64,000 nucleotides of DNA, taken from the NCBI GenBank assembly GCA_964016885.1, contig OZ024748.1, forward strand, positions 7,626,001 to 7,690,000. Direction: 5' to 3'. The stretch comes from Eledone cirrhosa. Its lineage: Eukaryota. The position numbers and the translations under genes were made by a program. Positions 11,869 through 24,348 of the stretch are shown here, in pieces (position 1 is the first letter of the stretch; each line of letters opens with the position of its first letter). The notes below the pieces were generated by a model. The model was given only the letters and a program-made list of their open reading frames with translations, was not told where the DNA came from and made no database searches.

Positions 11869-13089
11869 TAGCATAGTATCTGTCCACCTTACAGAGTGGC
11901 TTGGATGATTTTTGTGGCATCAGCTTTACCACCTTTCAACTCTAAATTACAGATATTCTCTGAAAAAGAGGAATTTTAACAAAATACTTATTCATTCCTA
12001 TCTGCTAGATAATGGAAAACAAAAACATAAATCCTTAAGCAATGATGCTCTCCAGCTGTTTCATCATTTAACCCTTTAGCATTTAAACCAGCCAAATCCA
12101 ACCAAAATTCTTTCCCCCTTTATCTGTTCAAACTGGCTATAACAAGCTGCTCATACTGGTATTAAAATATTCTCAAAATATACCATATCATCATCATTCT
12201 TTCCTGCTTGCAAGGGTAGGACATGTCTTATTAAGCACAGCATCTCTCCATTCGTCACGGTCCTTGAGCTTCAGCGATCTGAGGTCTGCTCTCATCACCT
12301 CCACCCATGTTTTTCATGGTCTTCCTTCTACTGGGATTTCTTGGCACTTCTTTACCCAGCGGTCATCCCCCATGCACATTACATGTCCATACCAACGCAG
12401 TCTTCTCGCCCGCACACTACAGCCTATCCCTCTGATACAGTTTCTTTCTCAACTCAATGTCATCAAAATCTTGGTAGACTTAAGTATGATATTAATTCAC
12501 TATCCTAAATTTCAATGACAAAAGCTTGTTTCTTACTTGGTGACTGCTGCTTTTATTGAAAAATGTTTTAAAATTGAAAAAGAAAGACAAAGAGACAAAC
12601 ATTATTAAGACTTGTTTATTACAAAACAATAACAAGATATATTGCCATTTAAAAAAATATAATTTCCATCAAAATATTAATTTTAAAAGAACTTATAACA
12701 TTAATGCTTAAATTATGTGAAATTTTTAAATTTACCTACATAGGTAAAACAAAAAAAAAAAAACAAAAAAAAAAAACACTATCCAAATCTGATATGTTGA
12801 TTTTCATTAAATATATTATTCAATGGATGTTCAAAATTTATTCATATATTCATGAAACTTCCACTGGGAAAATTCAGTTTTTAAAAACTGGATAAGCTTT
12901 CAGCTTAGTATATATTCACATACTGCTGGTCATCATAAAAGGTGCACTGCTAATTTTTGGTAAGCTTGTAAGCTGTTACTATATATCTACTGTTATCTAA
13001 TTTAAGGGTTATAGAATCAAAATCTCTCTGTCTCTCTCTCGTCACCATCTATATTACTTGGTCTTTCTAATGATTTTTGTAGCATTATA

Positions 13090-14195
13090 TCAGGTTGGAA
13101 CAAAAGTTTTGTCTTATTCTTGAGCCAAAAATATTGAAGGAAATTTATTAAATAAAGCTCTATCTCAATCTGATGTTTAGTCATGCCATTATAAGTTTAT
13201 TATTCATGAAAATACTTTCATCTTAACACTATGTGTGATACAACTACAGATCATACTCGACATGTCACACTCTTTGATTTTCATAGAGAGATTAATATAA
13301 ATGCAACAGAAAAAAACATTTTAAGCACTTGTAGTGTTGATAAAGTATGTGTAAGAACATGTAGGGGTTGGTTTCCCCATTTCAGAAATGAGGACTACAG
13401 CCTAAAGAGTGGCCCAAGAAATTTGTTCAAATAGATTTGATTCAGGCAGAGGCTCTAGAAGTGACTGTTGTAGTAAATGCTGTCATTATAAATAGGTAAC
13501 TCAGCAAACATTTTAATTTTAGCTGTATGGCAATCATGTGATTTGAGAATGCTTGGAAAAATGATTCCCAGACAGTTTGTCTGTAGAAAAACAACAATGT
13601 GTTGATTACTCTGAAGAATTATGGAGACAATATCTCCAAGTGCCTGTCTTGGACAGAGTCATTTCTGGGGTTGAGAAATGGGTCTTTTATGATAATATTA
13701 AACACTGATATTAATGGATTAACCATAGAAGCTGAGAGGGTACCTATATCTAAAGACGATGCTGTTAACTGTGTGATGGAATATATAAGGAATGTTTTTG
13801 TTTGTAAACTATTAAACAATAATGAACAATCACATCTGAGATTTCTTGTCAACAATTACAGCATTTGGAAACAATTTTGGACAAAAATGCCTGTCCTGAG
13901 CAGAAAAGGAATCATTCTCCTTCACAAGAATGCTTGTCCTCACACTGCATCAGTAATGAAGGACCCTCTAAAAGAATTTAGCTGTAAAATTTGTTTAGAT
14001 GGTCTGAGACAAACACCAAAGAGAAGGCTGAAAATACATCACCTTAAAACCAAGGAATTTTTATAAACATGGCATCTACAGGCTTGTTGATAGAATAATG
14101 CTAACGAAGGCAATAAAAAATATATTAATGATTAAATACATCGATTAATACCAAAATACATGTAAAAATCAAACAGAATTTATGTTCAAACCTGA
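13090..14195 (+). mobile_element. Decayed mariner transposon with TIRs and TA target site
   Basis: TA-TCAGGTTGGAACAAAAGTTTTGT ... ACAGAATTTATGTTCAAACCTGA-TA. Disrupted transposase remnants: HTH-like RHVTLFDFH..VRTCRGWFPHFRNEDYSLKSGPR and RKGIILLHKNACPHTA (cf. LLHDNARPHTA). Confidence 0.85.
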
Positions 14196-14428
14196 TATAT
14201 TGTCAACTAAGTTATTGTTTTAATATGGATTTTCTAAACTAGTAATAATTCTATGGACAAAATATAATGATACTACAAACATAAACAAAAAGAAAATTGA
14301 AAAAGAGAGGGAGAGAGAGAGAAATAGACAAACTTTGAAATTATAACCTTTAAAAATATGTTATATATATGAAGATGTTTATTAATCAGTATTGTTACAT
14401 ATTAAATATTATGTATGCTAACAAAATG

Positions 14429-17400
14429 TCAATGTCTTGGAACTTTCCAGTGGTCAGCTTTAAGGTTCTGTAACCGTTTAATGGCACCCTTTCGATAAAA
14501 AAACCAAACGAAACCAATCACTAAACAGAATGCAATTTCTATATAATATCCATCAATTTTAGTTAAACATGTTCCACCACTTTCAGTGCATAACTGAAAA
14601 GAAAAGAAAAATGAAAAATCTTATATAATAAATATTACCTTATAACAAAGCATATATGTACATTATAAATATATAGTTTAAAACTTATATATGTATGTTA
14701 TAAATATATAGTTTAAAACTTATATATGCATGTTATAAACCACATAAATGTATGTTATAAATATATAGTTTAAAACTTATATAAGTATGTTATAAATATA
14801 TAGTTTAAAACTTATATATGCATGTTATAAACCACATAAATGTATGTTATAAATATATAGTTTAACCATATATATGCATGTTATAAATATAGTTTAACCA
14901 TATAGTTTAAACCTTATATATGTATGTTATAAATTTATAGTTTAACCCTATATATGTATGTTATAAATCTATAGTTTAACCCTATATATGTATGTTATAA
15001 ATCTATAGTTTAACCCTATATATGTATGTTATAAATCTATAGTTTAACCCTATATATGTATGTTATAAATCTATAGTTTAACCCTATATATGTATATTAT
15101 AAAATGTTATAAACATAGTTTAAACTATATATATGTATGTAATAAATATATAGTTTAAACCTAATATATGTATGTTATAAATAGAACACATTTTGGGGTT
15201 GTCTAAGACAATATAGTCCTAGATAGCTCCAATAATTTAAGAATATTTAAGAAAAAGTTTGAAAATATTCCCTACCAGAGCACTTTCTGCATCAGAGCAA
15301 GCTCCGTTACCTGAAGAACAAGTCTTGATAGTCAGACTGTCAACTAACCAGAGAGAAATTGTAGCTGGCCAGTTACCACCTAAATAGAAAAGACAAAGAC
15401 AAACAAAATTAAAATTATATATTTTACATTCACTTTTTCATGTTGGTATGGGTTGGATGGAACCTTTTTGAGGCAGTGTTTTTTTATGGCCAGATGTCCT
15501 TCCCGATGATAAAGTGCACCCAGTCCACTTTGTAATGTGGTCTTGCTGGTGTCACGAAAAAGTCACCTAGTACATACCATAATGTGGTTGTATCAAGGAA
15601 GGGCATTCAGCTGTAGAAACCTTGTCAAATATGAAATGTAACAGGCAAGATTGGTTGCCCCAACCTCTCTGATCTTGGACATTGACAAACCCATCCAACC
15701 CATACAAACATGGATATAAAATGATGATGATCTTATTTCATTAAATCCTTTCATAATTAGTAATTAGATATAATTCCATGAAGTGTGTATTCCAGTAGAA
15801 TGAAAAGTACTTACCCAAGTTACTAACAGTATTTAGTAAAGTCATGTAAGAACCACCAATAGCAGGATCACTAACTTTGGCTGACAACGCCATTCCAGAT
15901 ACAAACATACAATAAAGTGTTACCTAAATGACAATATATTAAAATATTCATAAATATAAACAGTGAAAACAATGTTATATCTATCAATATGTAAACAATA
16001 TCTGTTAATATGTAAACAATATCTGTTAATATGTAAACACTATCTGTTAATATGTACACAATATCTGTTAATATGTAAACAATATCTGTTAATATGTAAA
16101 CACTATCTGTTAATATGTACACAATATCTGTTAATATGTAAACACTATCTGTTAATATGTACACAATATCTGTTAATATGTAAACACTATCTGTTAATAT
16201 GTAAACACTATCTGTTAATATGTACACAATATCTGTTAATATGTAAACACTATCTGTTAATATGTAAACAATATCTGTTAATATGTAAACACTATCTGTT
16301 AATATATAAACAATACATGTAAAAGTTACAGACACTAGCAGAAAAACCATCCTTCGGGGGATTTTCTGCTAACATGTGTAGTATGTATAAATATTATATC
16401 AAGTATATGGAGGCACATGGCTTAGTGGTTAGAGCATTGGCCTTGCAATCAAAAGGTTGTGAGTTCAATTCTCAGACCGGGTGATGTGTTGTTTCCTTGA
16501 GCAAGACACTTTATTTCACATTACTCCAGTTTACTCAGCTGTAGAAGTGAGATGATAGGACTGGGGTCCCTATCATTCCACTGCAAAGTGGTCGTGGAGG
16601 TGCCACGGCAAAAAAGCACGCAGCCCACACTGTAAAGTGGACGTGTAGGCGCCACGGAAAAAAAAGCACCCAGCACTCACTGTAAATGAGGTTGGTGTTA
16701 GGAAGGGCATCCAGCTGTAGAAATCAAGCCAAAATCAGTTCCTGTCCCACTCTTGCAAGCAGGGAAAAGCGGACGTGAAATGATGATGATGATATGATAC
16801 ATCAAATAAAATCGTAATTGACAATATATAATACATAGAAATTGAACGAAGACTATGTTACTGTCTTATTTAATCAGTAACATTAAAAAAGACGATATTA
16901 TATATAAACTGCATTAGGAGAAAATTAGTATGTTTATTTAAGCGATGGCCAACCAGAAGTGTTGACATTTCAGAAATTTTAAAGAAGTGAATCTTTAAAT
17001 AAACAAAATATATTTAATCAAGAGCCACAAAATTTAGTAGATAAATTATGTAATATTCATTCATTATTTATTCAAAGTAATCCAACTTATTTTACTAATG
17101 GGATAAAAAATTATAAACCGTACGCAGTCCTGCACTCCTTACTTTATTATAGTTTAGATTTAGTTACAGTGAATTATAATGTTGTTACCAAATAGTTTTA
17201 CCAGACCTACCTGATGTAATGCATAAAAGATGAGTGTAATGCAGTAAAAATAAACAGGAAAAACTCCTGGTTTTGTCTGAACATGATGGGCCATATAAAC
17301 AAGACTGGCATATGGTATGGACATAAGGAGCCTGTAGAAAACAGAAAAATAAAGACATGATAGCATCCGAAAATATCTCTGAACAAGATGAACATAAAAT

Positions 17401-20400
17401 ATATATAGGGCAGTAGATTGATATTAATTGGTAGAGCATTGAACAACAAGCTTAGCAGCATACAGTTACAACCCTTTACATTCTAAGATCAAATCCCGCT
17501 GAGGTTAGCTTTGCCTTTAATCCTTACGGGATCGATAAAATAAAGTACCAGTAATGCACTGGGGTCAATTTAATCGACTTTCCCCTCACTGAAAATGGTT
17601 AGCCTTGTGCCTAAATCAGAAACAATTATATGAGATAAAAGTGATTGAATATGATCCAATGTATTCAAGCCCTGACCAATCCATTGTCAACAGAGTATTT
17701 AAGACTATATTATTCAAGGTGTCTTTTCTTCAGGATGATGGGGTCTATAAACACTTTAGAATAAACAGTTTGGTATCATAGAACCAGAACCAGTTCCAGG
17801 TAGCTTGCTGTCAAAAAGGTTAGACATTGTATCTTCTTTATGCTAAGAACTGCAGACAATGTATCAGAAAACCAACGATATATATTCTAGCTACCAACTT
17901 TCTAATTCAATATTCCACTCTCAAGCTTCACAAAAAAACAAAACAAAACAAAGAGATACTACAACAAAATAGTTCAAATAATTTATAAAGTTTAAATTGT
18001 TGGATTACCTGCATGGAAAAGCTTTTAAATAAACATCCATGGGTCTTGGACCATTTGTATAACGACTGATAACAAGAGGGAGTATTATTTGGACTGGGAT
18101 GAGTGGAATGGCAAATAAAGCTAACTGTTCTTTTGGAATACCTGCTTCAATCAACTTTAACCCTGTCAAAGAATCACAAGCAGCAAAACCAATCTGAAAG
18201 AGAAAATGTAAATAGTGAAAATAGCTATTATATAAATATATATATAGTTACTGTTATTGTATATAAGTTGTGTTTTGTAAACAAATCATATATAAAATTA
18301 TACAAAAAGTATGAGACATTTACAGAACGAGTGTCACAATCTTTGGAAGTAATGATGTAAATAAAGGGTTAAAATACAAGTAGAAGATAATGTAGTGAGA
18401 AACAAAATTAGAATTTTGTTTTATGCTCTAACATAGTGGATACGCAAATGAATTCATGAGTTTTATATCGAATAATAATAGGAAACAAGGAAAATTGGTT
18501 GTTAAATGGAAAAATGTAAATAATATTTACCTTCGAAGTAAGAAATATTAAACTGAGTGAAAAGACTGCCGGCAACTGAATGACTTTTATGAGGAGTTTA
18601 TAAGTACCAATGACACCAAGTTCCATAGGGTCTGCCTCAGGTTTTTCTCTCTTAAACAGAAGTATTAATGTAGTGGTCACCAGAAATATAATACCACAAA
18701 TAAATAGAAATCCTAAAAAAAAAAAAAAGCAAGGTTATTTTAAATATATAAATATTTTTCGAAAATATAATTATGACAAATTATTTACTTAAATTGTATA
18801 AAATATTTAGCATTTACACCATGAAAAATCAAAACGATATATATATATATAACAAGGAAAGTGTGGTAAGAAACCAAGTGGACCATAACGCACCAGAGTA
18901 CTTGATACTTAGGGTAGTAGAGTGGGTAATAGGAAAAGTCGGATCTAGCTGTCGAAACGGCTGGAACTCAGCCATCGGGGTCCTGAATCTTTATATATAT
19001 ATATATATATCATCATCATAATTTTACGTCCGCTTTTCCCTGCTTGCAAGGGTTGGACGGGTCCTATTCAGCACAGCATCTCTCCACTTGTCACGGTCCT
19101 TCGTCATCTCCTCGGTGAGTTTCAGCAATTTGAGGTCTGCTCTCACCACGTTTTTTGTGGTCTACCTCTACTACGTCTTCCCTCCACTGGGACTTCCCGG
19201 CGCTTCTTCACCCATCGGTCATCCTCTATGCGCATCACATGTCCATACCATATATATATCATATTCCAAAGCAAAAACTATTCTAGCACCTTATTTATGT
19301 AAAAATTGAAGTTGATTAAAATTGGCAAAATATTGACCTCGAGTATAAGACCTCATTTTACCATTGATTTTATTTTTTGTTATATATTTCTCAGCTTATA
19401 TACAAGTATACATGGTAACTCATGATGGCTCAATTGAACAACTGGGTGACCAGTTTACAACTATAAACAACAACTGGAGCTGTGTGTATAAATGACAGCT
19501 GAGCTCTGATATTTTAATAGCCATGGAAATCAACAAAGAATAACTTATAAAGAAACCTACCTTTATTGAATTACTACAATTGAAGACAGTCTTCAATGTT
19601 GCTGCAATGATTTAAAGAGTAACAAGGAACTGTTACTGAAATCATAGAATATAAGAAACTGACTTACCTGCTAAAGTGATAACTCCTTCTGATGAAGGAA
19701 CTGAACGAAGATAATTATTGCAAAACGTCGGAGATTCTAAAGCTAGAAATAGTACATTTCCAAGAAAATAACCAGCTGTTTGTCCAACTGAATTGCAAGT
19801 ACTTGCCCAGCCAACATTGTCCCTAGGCAATGAAAAGTTAATTTGAAGAATATCAGTTAGAATTAGTATTATATAACATTAAAATAAGTTATCATTACAT
19901 TGTCAAAGATGCTGGGTTTGTTATTCAGAATACAAATCCATCGAACTGCAACTCTACTAACTTCATCATACGGTATCAGTATTTAAAAATAAGGTCTAGT
20001 CTTATTTCATAAAAAATTATAAACATCAAACTGCAAAATGTTTTTTTTATATTGTTTTTATATAAAAAAGTAAAAACGAAATTTAGTTTTTTGCTCTAAC
20101 GTAGCAGATATGTAAATGCATTCGTGAGTTTATATCTAATAATAATTGTTTCTACTTTTGGCACAAGGCCAGCAATTATCCCAGTGTATTACTGGTACTT
20201 TATTTTATCGAGCCTGTAAGGATGAAAGGCAAAGTTAACCTTGGCGTGATTTGAACTCAGACCATAAGCATGGCATCCGACCCTCTACCGATACTGCCAA
20301 TCCACCACCCTATATCTAATAATAATAATATTCGATTTTTTTGGAAGCAAACAGCCTCATAATGCTATGTTTTGGATGACCATCAGCATCTTTTTGTTCT

Positions 20401-21388
20401 AGTGGAGAACAAAAGGATGACAATGATGTGTGTATATATATATATATATGTGTGTGTTAATCTGTTATTTTAATAAATATATATATGTGTATATATATAT
20501 GTATATTTGAAAAAAGGAAAAGAATTACTTCACTTGTAGTTCTAAACAATTTGATTTAATTTTATAATATTATGAGTTGGTAGATCTAGTAAGTTCTTTG
20601 TTAACCTCAGTGGGAAGATTTTTAAAGATTCCTGGTTAACTTTCCTGGAGAACTTTCTTGCATTCGTCGGTGGCCATTGTCAAACTGAGATCAGATGTAT
20701 ATACATGGATGATGGTAGACTTCTAAAACACATAGTGTTATGAGGCTGTTTGCTTGCAAATGAATCGAATATTATTATGATTCGATATAAAACTCGAATG
20801 TATATAAAACAGTAATTTCAATATAAAGAGAAGAAAGTAAACTTACTTAGAGAGCATAGTCAATGCCCAGCCATCCACAGCAATATCTTGTGTAGCAGCC
20901 AAAAAATTAAGAATAAAAAAGCTAGTAGTCAAAATATACATATTTGGAAGTTTGCTTTGGTCACCAAGAATCTCCATTATATGGTAGGAGAGAAGGATCA
21001 TAAAAAGCCCAATAAAATATTGACAAGGTACAAGCCAGGATTTACGTCTGCCAATCGATGAAATAAAAATAGAGTCAACAATAGGGGCCCAGAGTAGTTT
21101 CAGACTAAATGGCCAATAAACAAAACTGAACAATGCTTGATCTCGGTAACTAGCTTGTCGACTTTGAAGTAGCATTGGTATACTGCCTGCCAAACCTAAA
21201 GGGATACCTTGCAGAACATAGAGAAAAAATAAAATAGAGATACTGTTGATATCTTTTCTCAAACTTGAACGTCTAGAGTTGTTTGTATGTACAGTTGTGT
21301 GAGAATCCATTTCATAATCATGTCTTTCGTTAAATTCTTCCGTTGAGACGTTCAAAGACCTCTGGTGTGTTTTTTCTCGCATAGCCAT
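14429..21388 (-). CDS. SLC33A1: Acetyl-CoA transporter 1 (AT-1, MFS family), 8 coding exons, 520 aa
   Basis: Exons (minus): 21388-20847 (exon acceptor at 21450), 19822-19668, 18712-18531, 18193-18009, 17331-17211, 15923-15815, 15379-15276, 14593-14429; total 1563 nt. Hallmark motifs: LYVLQGIPLGL, WPFSLKLLWAPIVDS, ATQDIAVDGWALTML, ASTCNSVGQTAGYFLG, KVSDPAIGGSYMTLLNTVSNLGGNWP, DGYYIE. Probable non-coding first exon ending at the donor at 22846/22847. Confidence 0.96.
14660..15182. repeat. AT-rich minisatellite, ~31-33 bp unit
   Basis: TGTATGTTATAAATCTATAGTTTAACCCTATATA-like units in the last intron of SLC33A1. Confidence 0.9.
15977..16314. repeat. 21-bp minisatellite
   Basis: TATCTGTTAATATGTAAACAC-like units, about 16 copies. 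Confidence 0.93.
16409..16793 (+). mobile_element. tRNA-derived SINE with CORE-like body and RTE 3' tail
   Basis: A box TGGCTTAGTGG, B box GAGTTCAATTC, CCTTGAGCAAG body, and a tail matching the LINE end at 6978-7022. Confidence 0.85.
20096..20805. repeat. Diverged inverted-repeat element interrupted by a SINE with 16-bp TSD
   Basis: About 20118-20385 is inverted at about 20713-20800. The SINE at 20147-20310 is flanked by TATATCTAATAATAAT at 20131-20146 and 20311-20326. A related piece lies at 18420-18480. Confidence 0.6.
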
Positions 21389-21499
21389 AGTTAAATTTGG
21401 AGAAAATTCTCCAAGAACATCAGATATATTTTGTTAATATGGTAAGGGATCTACAAAAATAAAAGAAGAAAAAAGTGCTTAATAACAATTATTTTATAA

Positions 21500-21692
21500 T
21501 TAATAGTTTCTACTTTTGGCACAAGGCCAGCAATTATCTCAGTGTATTACTGGTACTTTATTTTATCGACCCCGTAAGGATGAAAAGCAAAGTTAACCTC
21601 GGCGGGATTTGAACTGAGAATGGCAAGGGTCGTAACTCTATGCTACAAAGCATGGCGTCCGACCCTCTACCGATACTACCAATCCAGCACCC
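21500..21692 (-). mobile_element. tRNA-derived SINE with Nin/Deu-like domain; copies at 25-365, 9370-9780, 17430-17630, 20147-20310, 26520-26670, 38320-38510, 45092-45290, 50480-50620
   Basis: B box GTTCAAATCC and conserved GCCTTTCATCCTTACGGGGTCGATAAAATAAAGTACCAG; (AAT)n tail. Confidence 0.75.
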
Positions 21693-22846
21693 TTTTTATC
21701 GTTTAACGTCTATTTTCCACTGTCAGAAGCAACCATCTCCAACTGCATCCCCAGCCGAGACCAGCCAAGCTCATGGATGTTATCCAACCATGAAAGGAAT
21801 TTACTCTCAATAAAAATTGATACACGAGGGCAGTGTCTAGCTCTAATTTTGAACTATTCTAGTATCATTGCCATAATAAAAGGCACCTAAACCAAGCTGT
21901 AAAGATGTTGGTGATATGAAGGGCAGTAAAACATTGGTGCCTTTACATAGATAACAACGAATCATGTGTAGTGAGATACATTTATGGAACAGACTCGTAG
22001 AACCACATACCAGCATGAAAAAAGGACCAAAATCACAACTGGCTGTCTGAGTTAAAGATAGTCCCACAGTACGCAAGTTACGGAAAAAAACAAAAGCGCC
22101 TGCCACAATCCGGTGCTCTCTTCATCAACCGGTACACTCCTTGATGAGTGTACCCCCATCGTAATGACCCTCCGCCTGTATTGGCCCAACTATCCAGGAA
22201 TTGGGGTTACAGCCGCCCTCTTATCGCCAGATCACGAGTTGTGTTCCTAGCTACACTGCTCTAAATTACACGAGGAGTGTCCATACAGGTTTTCCCATCA
22301 CAAAGGGTACAAGCCGGCCTGACTGTCATGCCAGTGAACGCCCGGACGGAATAAACTTTTCTTGTTTTTTTCTATTTGGGTCACCGGTCTCTGAGGCCAC
22401 ATGTTAGGACACTTTCATAGTTTTCGGCCACAAAACTAGTTGACCAAACAACAAGCATTGACTAATGTTTTCGTCACTTGTCATTAAGACAGCCGATTTC
22501 CTCCGTCAAATCGTGACGATGCCCTAAAGAAGGGGTCGCGTAACCTATGGCTAACTATACTCGCCATCTTGTCCATAGGAAACATTCGGGATGTAGAGTG
22601 GGTCTCACTCACCCCTTTTTTTTCTTATATATATAATCTTTCATTCTTTTAATTGCTTCAATCGTTATACTGCGGCAATGCTGGAGCACCGCTGTGTATA
22701 AATAAAAATAAACTTATTCGTTTTCATATAAGACAAATTATATATTATACTACATATATTGAGTGTGTGTTAGGCCATATGTTTGATTAAATGCCATAAA
22801 TAGTTCATGAGAAAATAAATATAGATAAATCATCGATATATCTTAC

Positions 22847-23219
22847 CTTTGAGGAGAATGAAACAAATTATTTCAAAAATCCATGTTTTAATATTACAAA
22901 ATACGTTCTTGTTTTAAATAGTTAGTAGTATCATTATGATAAAGTTACTGTTGGAGATGTTAGTACGGCAAAAACAAATTGTGTTTGTCACACTATCACC
23001 ATTCTACCTTTACTTGGGAAACTACACTCTCTGTTTATTTCAAAAGTAAAAAAAATCGAAGTTTCCTATGAATCAAATTTTTTATTTTTATTTATTAATA
23101 ATATATCTATATAACAAAATAGAAAATAAAAGAAGTAATATGTTTAAAAAAAATTATTAAATTTAAAATTGTAATATTTTCCTTTGTGTGGGGAGTATCT
23201 GTTTATACATTATGTTAAT
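22847..23219. promoter_or_regulatory. Putative bidirectional promoter / 5' UTRs of SLC33A1 (minus) and METTL25B (plus)
   Basis: The minus-strand donor AAG|GTAAGA at 22847/22846 lies 373 nt from the METTL25B ATG at 23220; the genes are head-to-head. Confidence 0.55.
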
Positions 23220-23865
23220 ATGGCTCCTCTTCTCGTCTTCCCAAATAATATTGACTCAATTAGAGAAATTAAACAACATATCAGGAAAATACTCCAGTTT
23301 TTGAACATCTATGAATGGTTACCTGATATATATGTGTCGGTAAGCTGTCCTATATAGCAACAGATGTTATATTTATATATTATTCAATGGTATAATATGT
23401 ATAATGTCGGCATTGATATCACCACACGTGTTTTATCTAAGCTTAACTTAGCCTCTAATTATATTAATACGATTAAAAATGACAATAAAGACGAGTAGAA
23501 ATAAAGTAACACGAACATCACAACATGATATAGAGGTGTTCGGTCTAAAAATTAAAGTCCTGCTATATTTTTCCGGCATCACTTAAAACTATACAAAATA
23601 TTTACAACAGGAAGTTTAGAGAAATGTGTGAAAATTACACTTCATACTTAAATATTTAATTCTATTCAGTGATTTATTTACTTGTATGCCTCTTAATAAT
23701 GAACACGTCAGCAACAACAGACAAGGGATCCTGTACTCGGTCGCTCAAGTTGCTAGAAATAGCAGCCAAATATAATCATAGCTAGAATTCCTTTGATTGT
23801 AGATTTTTTTCAACTAAAATGACTTGAAAGTTAAATAACTTTCTTACACAAGTCAGTGAAGGGCC

Positions 23866-23903
<38 letters not shown>

Positions 23904-24112
23904 ATAAAGAAGAAATTAAAAGATGGTTAAAAGAGTTCCATATATTTTATTATGCGCATTTCGAATACAAAATCATCCTGGGACAAAAATTGTGTTCTCA
24001 TCAGATAAAATAAGGTAACATGATGAGGCAAAATAGCACTTGTTTACAGGAAAGTGCTAAGTCTACATATATATGATATATGCATTGTTCTACAATATTA
24101 CTCACCTACATA

Positions 24113-24145
<33 letters not shown>

Positions 24146-24317
24146 TATACTTTGGGAGGGTCATGTTGGCAATAAAAACACACGCACCTGAAGTTTTCCA
24201 CTTCAATTTATTATAAATGTATTGGCAACATGACCCTCCCAAAGTATAACAATATGTTTCAACACACGTTTTCAGATAAGAAATCTTGCAAAACAAATTA
24301 AAAAAGCGAATTATGTG

Positions 24318-24348
<31 letters not shown>

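Noticed and set aside
16409-16480. tRNA gene candidates
   Set aside because: These are SINE heads continuing into a SINE body and RTE tail, with no proper acceptor stem.
18840-18990. GAAAC-GGCTG..CAGCC-ATC hairpin and 43885-43960 (CCGAAGA...GAAAC) as further hammerheads
   Set aside because: The CUGANGA core or stem I is missing; possibly decayed PLE ends but not supportable.
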